The notes below the pieces were generated by a model. The model was not told the DNA's origin. It made no database searches and saw only the letters and a program-made list of their open reading frames with translations. This document shows, in pieces, positions 1-9,966 of a stretch of 64,000 bases of DNA (positions are counted from its first letter, which is position 1; every line of letters starts with the position of its first letter). Origin of the DNA: an uncultured delta proteobacterium (GTDB lineage: Bacteria > Myxococcota > Myxococcia > Myxococcales > Anaeromyxobacteraceae); assembly GCA_963814585.1 (NCBI GenBank), contig CAWFDF010000012.1, positions 160,001-224,000 of the forward strand, in the 5' to 3' direction. The position numbers were made by a program, and so were the translations under genes.

Positions 1-324
1 CGCCCGCGCGCGGAGCTCCTCGGCCGTGCGGATGACCACGTGCCGGACCTGCCTGCCGGTCCCCTCGAGCAGGCGGCCGGGATCGTCGAGGACGGCGCCG
101 CGCTCGAAGCCGATGCGGACGTGGTCCTTCATGGGCGCCACGTAGGCAAAGTAGGCCGGAGCGTCGTAGCCGATGAGCCCCCAGCCCGCGCGGAGCCGCT
201 CGTTGGCGCCCGGCACGGCGGCGACGACGCGCCGCCTGGCCGCCTCGACCAGCCGCCTGACCCGTGGCGTACACCTCGCCATGAGGTCGTCCACAGAGGC
301 GACGCGGTAGGAAGGGAAGGTCAT
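1..324 (-). CDS. DUF1801/YdhG-like protein, 3' end runs off the window
   Basis: Open frame from ATG at 324 to the window edge: MTFPSYRVASVDDLMARCTPRVRRLVEATRRRVVAAVPGANERLRAGWGLIGYDAPAYFAYVAPMKDHVRIGFERGAVLDDPGRLLEGTGRQVRHV; the GF.RGA.L.DP..LLEGTG...RHV motif is typical of DUF1801. Not in the ORF track because the stop lies outside the window. Confidence 0.7.
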   Translation of the reverse strand, partial: MTFPSYRVASVDDLMARCTPRVRRLVEAARRRVVAAVPGANERLRAGWGLIGYDAPAYFAYVAPMKDHVRIGFERGAVLDDPGRLLEGTGRQVRHVVIRTAEELRARA

Positions 325-571
325 GGGGCGCCTCCAGCGGTGCATCCTGCCACGGGCCGTCGGCGGCGTCAGCGTGATGCGGGGTCGGGTCGAGCGGAGG
401 CCGCCGTGGCGCATCAGGCCGGCGGGGACCGGCCGGCGCGCTGGAGCGCCCGGCCTCGCGGGGACCAGGCGGTCCCACCGGCGAAGCGGCGATCCACGGA
501 CCCGGGATCGCCGCCTCGCTTCGAGGTCGCCGGGGCTGACCGAGGGAAGGGCGCCGCGGGAGCGGGGCCTC

Positions 572-1207
572 TCAGTGCTTGCCGTGCGGGCAGGCCGGGG
601 CCGGCTCGCCGGCCGCGTGCTTCTCGGCGCCCGGCTCGGGGTGGGCAGCGGCTCCGCCGCTGGCCGCCTGGTGGACCCCGTCGACCCAGTGGACGTAGGG
701 GACGTACGCCTCCACCCATTCGCGCCCGGCGGCCACGTCCTCACCGGGCTGCGGGCGGCCGGCGAGGCGAGAGAAGCGCTGCCCGAGCCCCTTCTTGACC
801 GTCTCGACGAGGAGCTTCTCGACCTCATCGCTGGACCGCCTGTCGATCGATCGATCGGCCGCCGGGATGGCCGGCCCCATGTCCTGCCCGGCCGGCTTGA
901 GGCCGGTGTAGGGCGCCCCCTCGCCGGCGCGGTGGACCCGGACCACGGTCTCGAAGAAGTGCCGGTCGGCCAGCTCCCGGGCTTCGGGGCCGAGCTTGCG
1001 GACGGCGCGGGCGTGGGTGAAGACGGCCTTGATCTCCGCCTCGTCCCCGGCGCGGACCCAGGCGAGGACGGGGTTCAGCTTCCCGGTCTCGAGGGCCGTG
1101 CGGGCGGACTTGACCACCGGACCGTCGAGGGCGTCGCAGTGCGCCAGCGCGGCGGCCGGGGCACCGAGGATGGAGAGGGCAACCAGCATCACGAGTCGAT
1201 TGGACAT
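572..1207 (-). CDS. DUF6448-like secreted protein
   Basis: Signal peptide ending ALA, then HCDALDGPVV; FFETVVRVHRAGEGAPYTGLKPAG motif; AGGAG RBS upstream of ATG 1207. Confidence 0.75.
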   Translation of the reverse strand: MSNRLVMLVALSILGAPAAALAHCDALDGPVVKSARTALETGKLNPVLAWVRAGDEAEIKAVFTHARAVRKLGPEARELADRHFFETVVRVHRAGEGAPYTGLKPAGQDMGPAIPAADRSIDRRSSDEVEKLLVETVKKGLGQRFSRLAGRPQPGEDVAAGREWVEAYVPYVHWVDGVHQAASGGAAAHPEPGAEKHAAGEPAPACPHGKH

Positions 1208-1289
1208 GATCACTCCTGGGTTGGGTTGGACTCGAAGGGGACAGCAGCGAGAGGCAACAACGGCATGAGCGGCTCCCTGGGGCGAGGCA

Positions 1290-1952
1290 CTAGCGCACCA
1301 GCCGCCGGATCAGGCCATCCAGGTCCCTGGGCGAGAGCCCGGCGTCGAGGAGCACCGCACCCCAGGTCGCCTTCCCGGAGCGGACGTGGACCACGAGCGG
1401 CGCGGTCGGCGCCGAGAGGTGGGCGGCCAGCGCCGAGGCCAGGATCCGCTCCTCGGGCGAGGCCCCGGCGTCGCGAAGCGTCTTCACCTCGGCCGGGGAG
1501 ACGCGGAGGCGAGTCACCAGCACCTCGTCGACCGCCAGGCCGGCCAGGGCCCGGCTGTCGGCCCCGCCGGCGAGCGCCGCCGCGAAGGTCGCGTCGAGGC
1601 CGGGCCGCCCCGACAGGGCGGCCGCCCAGCTCCCTCGCTCCTGGTAGAGGGCGAGGAGCGCCGCCTGGGACCGGCCCGTCCGGGCCGAGGCGTGCCAGGC
1701 CACCCACTGATCCTCCGCCGCCGTCCCGGTCATCGCGGCGCTCACCAGCGAGCGCTTGTCGACGCCGGAGGCGGCGGAGAGGAGCGAGCTCCGCGCCGTG
1801 GCGAGGATGTAGGGATCGGCCGCTGCCGGCCGCTCCGGATCGAAGGTCCGGTCCTGGTAGCAGTGGCAGGCGACGGTCGGCGCCGCGAGGGAGGCGACGG
1901 GAGCGACCGCCGCGAGCGCCAGGGCGAGGACGAGTGCGGCGTGGCTGGGCAT
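1290..1952 (-). CDS. Secreted hypothetical protein with an N-terminal CHC motif
   Basis: Signal peptide followed by ACHCYQDRTFDPERPAAADPYILAT; GC3-biased frame; co-oriented in the operon. Confidence 0.7.
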   Translation of the reverse strand: MPSHAALVLALALAAVAPVASLAAPTVACHCYQDRTFDPERPAAADPYILATARSSLLSAASGVDKRSLVSAAMTGTAAEDQWVAWHASARTGRSQAALLALYQERGSWAAALSGRPGLDATFAAALAGGADSRALAGLAVDEVLVTRLRVSPAEVKTLRDAGASPEERILASALAAHLSAPTAPLVVHVRSGKATWGAVLLDAGLSPRDLDGLIRRLVR

Positions 1953-1983
1953 GGCGGCTCTGCCTCGGGTGGTGGCGGTGGGC

Positions 1984-2223
1984 CTATCCCGCCCGCGTGA
2001 AGGTGGTCAGGAACTCATCGGGCCCGGTCTGCCTGGTGGAGGCCGTCACGCCCAGCGCGCCGGTCCGCTCCAGGAGGTGGCCCGGGACGTGCGGCGTGAC
2101 CAGCTCGTAGGCCTCGCCGGGGCCCAGCCCGGAGAGATCCTGGAGCACCTGCTCGACCGGGTGGATGCCGGCGGCCTTGAGCGGCCGGGCGTCGAGCCGC
2201 TTCACCACGCGCGGCCCGCTCAC
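1984..2223 (-). CDS. DUF2249/TusA-like small domain protein
   Basis: LDARPLKAAGIHPVEQVLQDLSGLGPGEAYELVTPHVPGHLL matches the LDvR...hP...l..L..GE.l.li....P..L pattern; GTG start overlaps the cupin stop (GTGA). Confidence 0.7.
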   Translation of the reverse strand: MSGPRVVKRLDARPLKAAGIHPVEQVLQDLSGLGPGEAYELVTPHVPGHLLERTGALGVTASTRQTGPDEFLTTFTRAG

Positions 2224-2585
2224 GCCGGCCTCAGCTGGCGCACCATGGTGAGGAGCATCTTGAAGCGGGTGCGCGCCCTCACCGCGTGCGGGACGCTGGC
2301 GGGCATGAGCACCGTCTCGCCGGCGCGCGCCACCACGGGCTGGCCGCCGATCACCAGCTCCACCTCGCCGTCGAGCACCTCGACCAGGGCGTCGAACGGC
2401 GCGGCGTGCTCGGAGAGCTCCTGGCCGGCGTCGAAGGAGAAGAGCGTCACCGAGCCGCCGTTGGCCTTGGCCAGCGCGCGGCTCACCACCGCCCCGGGGG
2501 CGTAGTCGAGGAGCGTCGCCAGGCGCACCGGCTGGGCGGGAGGAAGCGCCGCGGGGTCGATCACGTTCAGTCCTGGAGCTGCCAT
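2220..2585 (-). CDS. Cupin domain protein
   Basis: TLFSFDAGQELSEHAAPFDALVEVLDGE...MPASVPHAVRA cupin_2 motifs. Confidence 0.85.
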   Translation of the reverse strand: MAAPGLNVIDPAALPPAQPVRLATLLDYAPGAVVSRALAKANGGSVTLFSFDAGQELSEHAAPFDALVEVLDGEVELVIGGQPVVARAGETVLMPASVPHAVRARTRFKMLLTMVRQLRPA

Positions 2586-2657
2586 GTGGCACGGTCCTTC
2601 CGCCCGCGCCGTGACCCCGAAATGGGAGACCGACGGCGGCGCGCTGCAGTGGTCATG

Positions 2658-2673
2658 AGCAAGAACCCAGCCA
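2658..2673 (-). promoter_or_regulatory. Putative sigma54 (-24/-12) promoter of the cupin operon
   Basis: Minus strand reads TGGCTGGGTTCTTGCT: GG-N10-GC spacing with a TTGCT -12 element, about 70 nt upstream of the cupin ATG. Confidence 0.6.
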
Positions 2674-2857
2674 GCCAGAAGGACCCAGGTTCCGGGGACA
2701 TCCGGCAGGTCGAGCCACCGCTCCACCGGAATCTGGGTGAAACGCCAACCGTGGGCCGGTGCGCTCGGCCGTTCAGGGGAGCGGGAACTCGGGGACTCAA
2801 GGCGACCCTGACCTGGCCCGAGCCCGCCGAAGCAGGGATTGGCCCAGGGGAGCGGCG

Positions 2858-3313
2858 CTACCCGCTCGAACCGGCGGTGCCGGCCTGCGCCTCGAGCTCC
2901 TTGAGGCGGAGCTTCAGGGCCTTGTCCTTCTGGAACCGCTCGGTCACGTCCCGGAAGACGGCCACCACCCACTCGATGCGCCCGGTGCCGTCCTTGAGGA
3001 GCTGGATGGAGAACTCCACCGAGAGCTGCCGGCCGTCCTTGTGCAGCGCCGGCACGGCGAGCAGCTGGCCGCCGCCGTAGCGCGTCACGCCGGTCTCCAT
3101 GACGTGGCCCCAGCCGCCCCAGTGCCGCTCGCGCAGCCGGTCCGGGACGATGAGGTCCATGGAGGCGCCGATGGCCTCGGCGGCGGGGAAGCCGAAGAGC
3201 CGCTCGGCCGCCGCGTTCCAGCCGCGGACGACTCCGCCACGGTCCGAGACCAGCACGGCGTCGGGTGAGCCCTCGAAGATCCGGCGGGGGAGGTCGTCGG
3301 GCAGGTCGTGCAT
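2858..3313 (-). CDS. Stand-alone PAS/PAC domain protein
   Basis: PDAVLVSDRGGVVRGWNAAAERLFGFPAAEAIG...HKDG...DVTER; no output domain. Confidence 0.85.
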   Translation of the reverse strand: MHDLPDDLPRRIFEGSPDAVLVSDRGGVVRGWNAAAERLFGFPAAEAIGASMDLIVPDRLRERHWGGWGHVMETGVTRYGGGQLLAVPALHKDGRQLSVEFSIQLLKDGTGRIEWVVAVFRDVTERFQKDKALKLRLKELEAQAGTAGSSG

Positions 3314-3563
3314 GGCGCCAGGATCGCGCCTCGCCCGCGGCAGCACAAGTCCCGGTCCGGAGGCCCGGGAGCTCCCTGGCCTCGGTCACTGAATCGGTCC
3401 CGGGCGCCCGCCATCCAGGGTCCATCGGACGGGCGACGTCCGCCCACCGGTGGGGGGAGCTGCTCCATCGGGGACTCTCGACGACCCAACCCGGCCAAGG
3501 CGGTTGTATACTCGCGCGCTTTGATGCTCCCCTGCCCGGAGCCCACGCCACGCCGCACCCGAG

Positions 3564-4646
3564 GTGACCATGATCCGCATCCGGCAGCTCCCCAGCCTTG
3601 CCACCGTCGCCGTGTGCCTCCTGGCGCCGCCGACGAGCGCGCGCCCGTCCGCCGAGGAGCCTGCCGCCGCCCCGGCGGCCGCAGCAGTCGCGCCCGTCGC
3701 GGTCGCCCCGGCACCGGTCGCTCCGGCCCCGGCGGCCTCGCCTCGCCCGGAAGGCCGGGAGCTGGGCGGCCACCTCTTCATGCCGACGCTGGGCATCAAG
3801 GGGCCGTTCGCCATCACCAGCTTCGGCACCTTCCTGACGGTGGGCCAGGGCTCCACGGTGGGCTCCGTGACCCTGCAGCTCCCCGGCGGCAACACCGAGA
3901 CCTACAGCGGCAACATCGAGTACGTCGCCATCGGCGGCGTCCTCGCCTACGAGTACGAGTTCCTGCGCGGGGTGTCGGCGCGCATCGCCCTCTCCGAGTC
4001 GCTCTACTCCGGCACCACCGGCGCGTCGCTGGCGGTGGTGGGGACCAACGTGCGCCTCGGGCTGGGCGCGGGGCTCACGGCCGGGATGGCCTTCGGCGAC
4101 TCGGTCCGCGTGTCGGCGGTGGTCGACGCCACGTCCGCGCCGCGCCTGGGGCTGCTGCTGGGCCCGGCCCTCAGGTCGTTCGCCGAGAGCTGCCAGACGG
4201 GCCTCACCGACTGCACCTTCGACTTCGGCCAGCTCTTCCAGCAGAAGAACGTCGTCGAGCTGCAGCCCGGCGTGGCCGCCAGCTGGGCGCCCCACCGGTC
4301 GCTCGGCCTGACCGGCAACCTGTCCTACTCGTGGTCCAGCATCGACACCTCGGGCAGCGGCACGGCCAGCTCCAGCGGCGTCTCCATGGGCGCGGCGGTG
4401 GACTTCGACTTCCTGGGGGTGTCGAAGGTCCCGGTCGGGCTGCAGCTCACCTGGGCCTCGCAGATCCCGGTGACCGGTGAGGACGACTCCCGCTACACCG
4501 ACGTGGGCGGCGGGCTCTTCTACACCGGTCGCAAGGACCTCTCGCTCGGCCTGCAGCTCTTCGTCCGGCGCTTCAAGGTGGTCCCCGAGGTCGAGGTGAG
4601 CTGGACCACGGTGCTGGCCATGGTGGGGCTGCGCTACTACTGGTGA
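3564..4646 (+). CDS. Putative outer-membrane beta-barrel protein
   Basis: Signal peptide, Pro/Ala-rich linker, alternating beta-strand pattern, C-terminal GLRYYW beta-signal. Confidence 0.65.
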   Translation: MTMIRIRQLPSLATVAVCLLAPPTSARPSAEEPAAAPAAAAVAPVAVAPAPVAPAPAASPRPEGRELGGHLFMPTLGIKGPFAITSFGTFLTVGQGSTVGSVTLQLPGGNTETYSGNIEYVAIGGVLAYEYEFLRGVSARIALSESLYSGTTGASLAVVGTNVRLGLGAGLTAGMAFGDSVRVSAVVDATSAPRLGLLLGPALRSFAESCQTGLTDCTFDFGQLFQQKNVVELQPGVAASWAPHRSLGLTGNLSYSWSSIDTSGSGTASSSGVSMGAAVDFDFLGVSKVPVGLQLTWASQIPVTGEDDSRYTDVGGGLFYTGRKDLSLGLQLFVRRFKVVPEVEVSWTTVLAMVGLRYYW

Positions 4647-5446
4647 ATCCCGGTCCCCTCGAGGCGCAGCCGGTCGCCCTCGACCCGCCCCAGCAGGCGG
4701 AGCAGGCCGTCGAGCAGGGTGACCGGGTGCGGCGGGCACCCGGGGATCCAGAGGTCCACCGGCACGCCGGGGATGACGCCGGCCAGCCCGCCGGCGCACA
4801 CCGGGCTCCCGGCCACCGGCCCGCCAGAGCAGGCGCAGGCCCCCACGGCGATGAGCAGCCTGGGCGCCGGCGTGGCCTCCCAGGTGTCGAGCAGCGCCGC
4901 GCGCATGTTCTCGGTCACCGGCCCGGTCACCACCACGCCGTCGGCGTGGCGCGGCGAGGCCACGAACTGGATGCCGAAGCGGGAGAGGTCGAACTGGACG
5001 TTGCCGGCCGCGTTCAGCTCCGCCTCGCAGCCGTTGCACCCGCCCGCCGAGACCTGGCGCAGCTTGAGCGAGCGGCCGAAGAGCCGCTGCATCCTCGCGT
5101 CGAGCGCGGCGGCCAGCTGCGGCTCGCGGCCCCTGAGCACCAGCGCCTCGCGGGTCCGCGCCGCCAGCCGGAAGTCGCGCGTGAAGACGATGGCCTGCTC
5201 GGGGCAGGCCTCCTGGCACAGGCCGCAGAAGGTGCAGGCGCCGGTGTCGAGGGCGATCGCCCGCTGCGCCGCGCCGGAGATGGCCTCGGTGGGGCAGACC
5301 TCCTCGCAGCTCCGGCAGCCGTCGCCGCAGCGCTCCGGGGCGAGCACCGGCAGCCCGCGGAAGCGCTCGGGGAAGCGGGCCGGCCCGTCCGGCCAGGCGA
5401 TGGTCTGGCGGCCCAGGTGGAGCCGGGTTCGCAGGAGTCCCTTCAC
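4637..5446 (-). CDS. Ehr/Hyf small subunit: 2x[4Fe-4S] ferredoxin fused to a NuoB/HyfI-like domain (EhrS-like)
   Basis: CGDGCRSCEEVCP and CTFCGLCQEACP; GGCNGC, ASPRHAD, GACACSGG, IPGCPP; GTG start at 5446 overlaps the upstream stop. Confidence 0.88.
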   Translation of the reverse strand: MKGLLRTRLHLGRQTIAWPDGPARFPERFRGLPVLAPERCGDGCRSCEEVCPTEAISGAAQRAIALDTGACTFCGLCQEACPEQAIVFTRDFRLAARTREALVLRGREPQLAAALDARMQRLFGRSLKLRQVSAGGCNGCEAELNAAGNVQFDLSRFGIQFVASPRHADGVVVTGPVTENMRAALLDTWEATPAPRLLIAVGACACSGGPVAGSPVCAGGLAGVIPGVPVDLWIPGCPPHPVTLLDGLLRLLGRVEGDRLRLEGTGIHQ

Positions 5447-6968
5447 AGGTCGTGTCCGCAGTAGGAGAGGTTGAAGCTCTTGTTGCACAGCGGAAAGTCG
5501 GAGATCTGCTCGCCGCGCAGCGCCATGGCCAGCCCCATCCAGTCGTGGAACGAGGCGTCCACCACCTTGTAGCGGGCGAACCGCCCGTCGCCGCCGGTGG
5601 ACACCACGTGGCAGAGCTCGCCCCGCCAGCCCTCGACCAGCGAGACCACCAGCCGGCCGGGCGCGAGCGCGGGGATGGCGGCGCGCACCTCGCCGGGAGG
5701 GAGGTCGCGCAGCCAGGTGTCGACCAGCCCGGCCGAGAGGCGGGCCTCCTCGAACCGGATCCAGGCGCGGGCGTGGACGTCGCCGCCCGAGGCGGTGGTC
5801 GCCGGGACGTGGGTGGTGGTGTAGGGCGCGAACGGGTGGCTGCGCCGCAGGTCGAGCGGCAGGCCCGAGGCCCTCGCCGAGGGGCCGACCTGGCCCAGCA
5901 GGGCCGCCAGCGCCTGGTCGAGGACGCCGGTCCCGTCGGTCCGGTTCCTCACCGACGGCGACTCGAAGAGGAGCCCGGCCGCCTCCTCCACCTTCACCCA
6001 GGTCGCCGCCAGCCGGTCGGCGAGCCGCCCGGCGGCCTCCGCAGGGAGGTCGAAGCGCACGCCCCCCGGCACCACCAGGCCGCGGCCGAACCGGTTGCCG
6101 CAGATCTCCGCCAGGGCGTTGAGGTAGTCGGCCCGCAGCGCCCCGCAGAAGCTGGCCGTCGGGAGGTAGCCGACGTCGCCGGCCAGGGCGCCGAGGTCGC
6201 CGACGTGGTTGGCCAGCCGCTCCAGCTCCAGGGCGATGGCCCGCAGGACGGCGGCGCGGGGGGGCACCTCCCGGCCAGCCAGCCCCTCGATGGCCCGCGC
6301 CGACGCCAGCGCGTGGCCGACGGCGGTGTCGCCGGCGATCGACTCCACCAGCACCGTGGTCCGCCGCGTGGGGCCGCCGAGCAGCATCCGCTCGATGCCG
6401 CGGTGCTGGTAGCCGAGCGAGATCTCGAGGTGGAAGACGTGCTCCCCGTGGCACTGGAAGCGGAAGTGGCCCGGCTCGATGATGCCGGCGTGCACCGGGC
6501 CGACCGCCACCTCGTGCACCTCCTCGCCGGTGACGGCGAAGAACGGGGTGTCGCCCGGGAGGGTGGGGCGCGAGGCGGACCGGTTCCAGAGGGGGCGCCC
6601 GCCGCCCAGCGGGTGCTCGTGGCGCACCGGCTTCAGCCAGGGGTGGCCGGTCGGCACCACCCCGAACTGCTCGGCCAGCTCCCGCTCGAAGAGCTGGAGC
6701 GCCGGGCACTCCTCGGCGAGCGACGGCAGCGACTCTCCGGCCACGGTGGCCATCACGCCGACGCGACCCTCGACGTCGTTGGCCAGCACGGCCGTCACCA
6801 GCACCGCGCCCGGGGTCTCCGGCAGGTCCTGGCCGAAGTAGGCCGAGACCCTGGCGCCGGCGGTGACGGCGTCGGCGAGGATCTGCTGGAACTCGGCCGC
6901 CGGCAGGCGCGGGACCGCCGCGCCGTCGATGGCCTGGCCGTTCAGGAGGAGCGGGAGTCGCGCCGGCA

Positions 6969-6969
<1 letters not shown>
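5443..6969 (-). CDS. Ehr/Hyf large subunit (NuoC-NuoD/HyfG-like) lacking Ni-Fe CxxC motifs (EhrL-like)
   Basis: GPVHAGIIEPGHFRF, LGYQHRGIE, VEGWRGE, DFPLCNKSFNLSYCGHDL. Confidence 0.9.
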
Positions 6970-8396
<1,427 letters not shown>

Positions 8397-8400
8397 GAGG

Positions 8401-9048
8401 TCAGTCCCTCAGGGACGCCAGCTTCTCGGTGTCGAGCGAGCTGAAGGCCCGCTGGATGTCGAACATCACCAGCCCCATGACGAAGACCGCCGCGAAGAGG
8501 TCGAGCAGCACCCCGACCTCGACCATGGCCGGCATGAAGTCGGAGAGGAGCAGCCCCAGCACGAAGACGCCGTTCTCCAGCACCAGGAAGCCGAGCACCT
8601 GCCCGACCGCCTTGCGCCGGGTCATGATGAGCAGCAGGCCGCACCAGACGGTCCCGATCGAGGTCGGGACCAGCAGCGGGTGCTTGCCGGGGATGGGCAG
8701 GGGCAGGCCGGCGCCGAACCAGACCGCCAGGACGATGCCGAAGGCGCCCAGCACCATGGTGGGCATGAAGCCCACCAGCGGCGTCGCCTCGCGGCTGATC
8801 TTCGACTCCCGCGTGGCCCTCGCCAGCAGCCAGGGGATGCCCACGCCCTTCACCGTCAGCGCGCCGAGCACCAGCACCGCCACGTGGCGGGTCTCGGTGG
8901 CGTCGCCGGCCAGCACCGCCGGCAGGAGCGCCAGCAGGACGCCCTGGGCGGCCACCGCCCGGATGCCGGCGCGAAGGCGCGACGAGGCCAGCACGAACAG
9001 GTCGAGGACCAGGACGAGGAGGAAGAGGAGGTCGGTCCAGCCGGTCAT
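8401..9048 (-). CDS. HyfE-like membrane subunit (EhrC-like)
   Basis: RRKAVGQVLGFLVLENG, VEVGVLLDL; hydrophobic. Confidence 0.88.
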   Translation of the reverse strand: MTGWTDLLFLLVLVLDLFVLASSRLRAGIRAVAAQGVLLALLPAVLAGDATETRHVAVLVLGALTVKGVGIPWLLARATRESKISREATPLVGFMPTMVLGAFGIVLAVWFGAGLPLPIPGKHPLLVPTSIGTVWCGLLLIMTRRKAVGQVLGFLVLENGVFVLGLLLSDFMPAMVEVGVLLDLFAAVFVMGLVMFDIQRAFSSLDTEKLASLRD

Positions 9049-9057
9049 GGGTCCGCC

Positions 9058-9966
9058 TCACCGGAGCAGCAGCACCAGCGCGAAGCCGGAGAGGACCGAG
9101 GCGCCGATGAGGAGCTGCGGGACCCGCGGCAGGCGCAGGCGAGCCATGGTCGACTCCACCAGGCCGATGGCCACCCCGAAGAGCAGCTGCCCGGCCAGGA
9201 AGGCGGCGAAGGCGGCGACCGGATCGGCGAGGCGGGCGCCCAGCGCCAGCTTCACCACCAGGGCTCCGAACAGCCAGAGCTTGAGCGCCGCCCCGTACTG
9301 GATGAGGGCGAGATCCGGACCGGAGTGATCGAGCACCATGACCTCGTGGATCATGGTGAGCTCGAGGTGGGTGGCGGGGTCGTCCACCGGGAGGCGGGCG
9401 TTCTCGGCCAGCGCCACCACGAAGAACGAGAGCGCCACCAGCAGCAGGGCGGCGCCGTCGCTCTGCCACGCCGCGGCCAGGCCGTCGCCGAGCAGGTGGG
9501 TCAGGTCGAGGCCGCCGGTGGAGCGCACCAGCGAGACGAAGCCCAGGAAGAGCGCCGGCTCGGCCAGCGCCGAGAAGGTGACCTCGCGGGCGGCCCCCAT
9601 GCCCTCGAACGACGAGCCGGTGTCGAGCGCGGCGGTCACGGTGACGAAGCGGGCCAGGCCGAGCAGGGCGGCCAGCAGGGCGAAGTCCCCGGCGAAGACG
9701 ACGGTCGCCGACGGCGCCCCCAGGGGCACCAGCAGCCCCGCCGCCAGGACGGCCGCGAGCCCCACGACGGGACCGGCCCGGAAGACCCAGGTGGTGGTCC
9801 GGCTGTAGACCGCCCCCTTGCCGGCCAGCCGGACCAGGTCCCGCCAGGGCTGCAGCAGCGGTGGCCCCTCGCGCCCGGCCACCCGGGCCTTGACCCGGCC
9901 GATGACGCCGAGGAGCAGCGGCGGCAGGGCCAGGAAGGCGGCGAGCTGGAGCACGGCGAGGGTCAC
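9058..9966 (-). CDS. HyfC/HycD (NuoH-like) membrane subunit (EhrB-like)
   Basis: KARVAGREGPPLLQPWRDL, ALDTGSSFEGMGAARE, ENARLPVDDPATHLELTMIHEVM. Confidence 0.9.
   Translation of the reverse strand: MTLAVLQLAAFLALPPLLLGVIGRVKARVAGREGPPLLQPWRDLVRLAGKGAVYSRTTTWVFRAGPVVGLAAVLAAGLLVPLGAPSATVVFAGDFALLAALLGLARFVTVTAALDTGSSFEGMGAAREVTFSALAEPALFLGFVSLVRSTGGLDLTHLLGDGLAAAWQSDGAALLLVALSFFVVALAENARLPVDDPATHLELTMIHEVMVLDHSGPDLALIQYGAALKLWLFGALVVKLALGARLADPVAAFAAFLAGQLLFGVAIGLVESTMARLRLPRVPQLLIGASVLSGFALVLLLR

Noticed and set aside
1..324. Frameshifts in the DUF1801-like gene at G/C runs
   Set aside because: Recounting the runs at 178-182 and 61-64 keeps the frame open; the gene is only cut by the window edge
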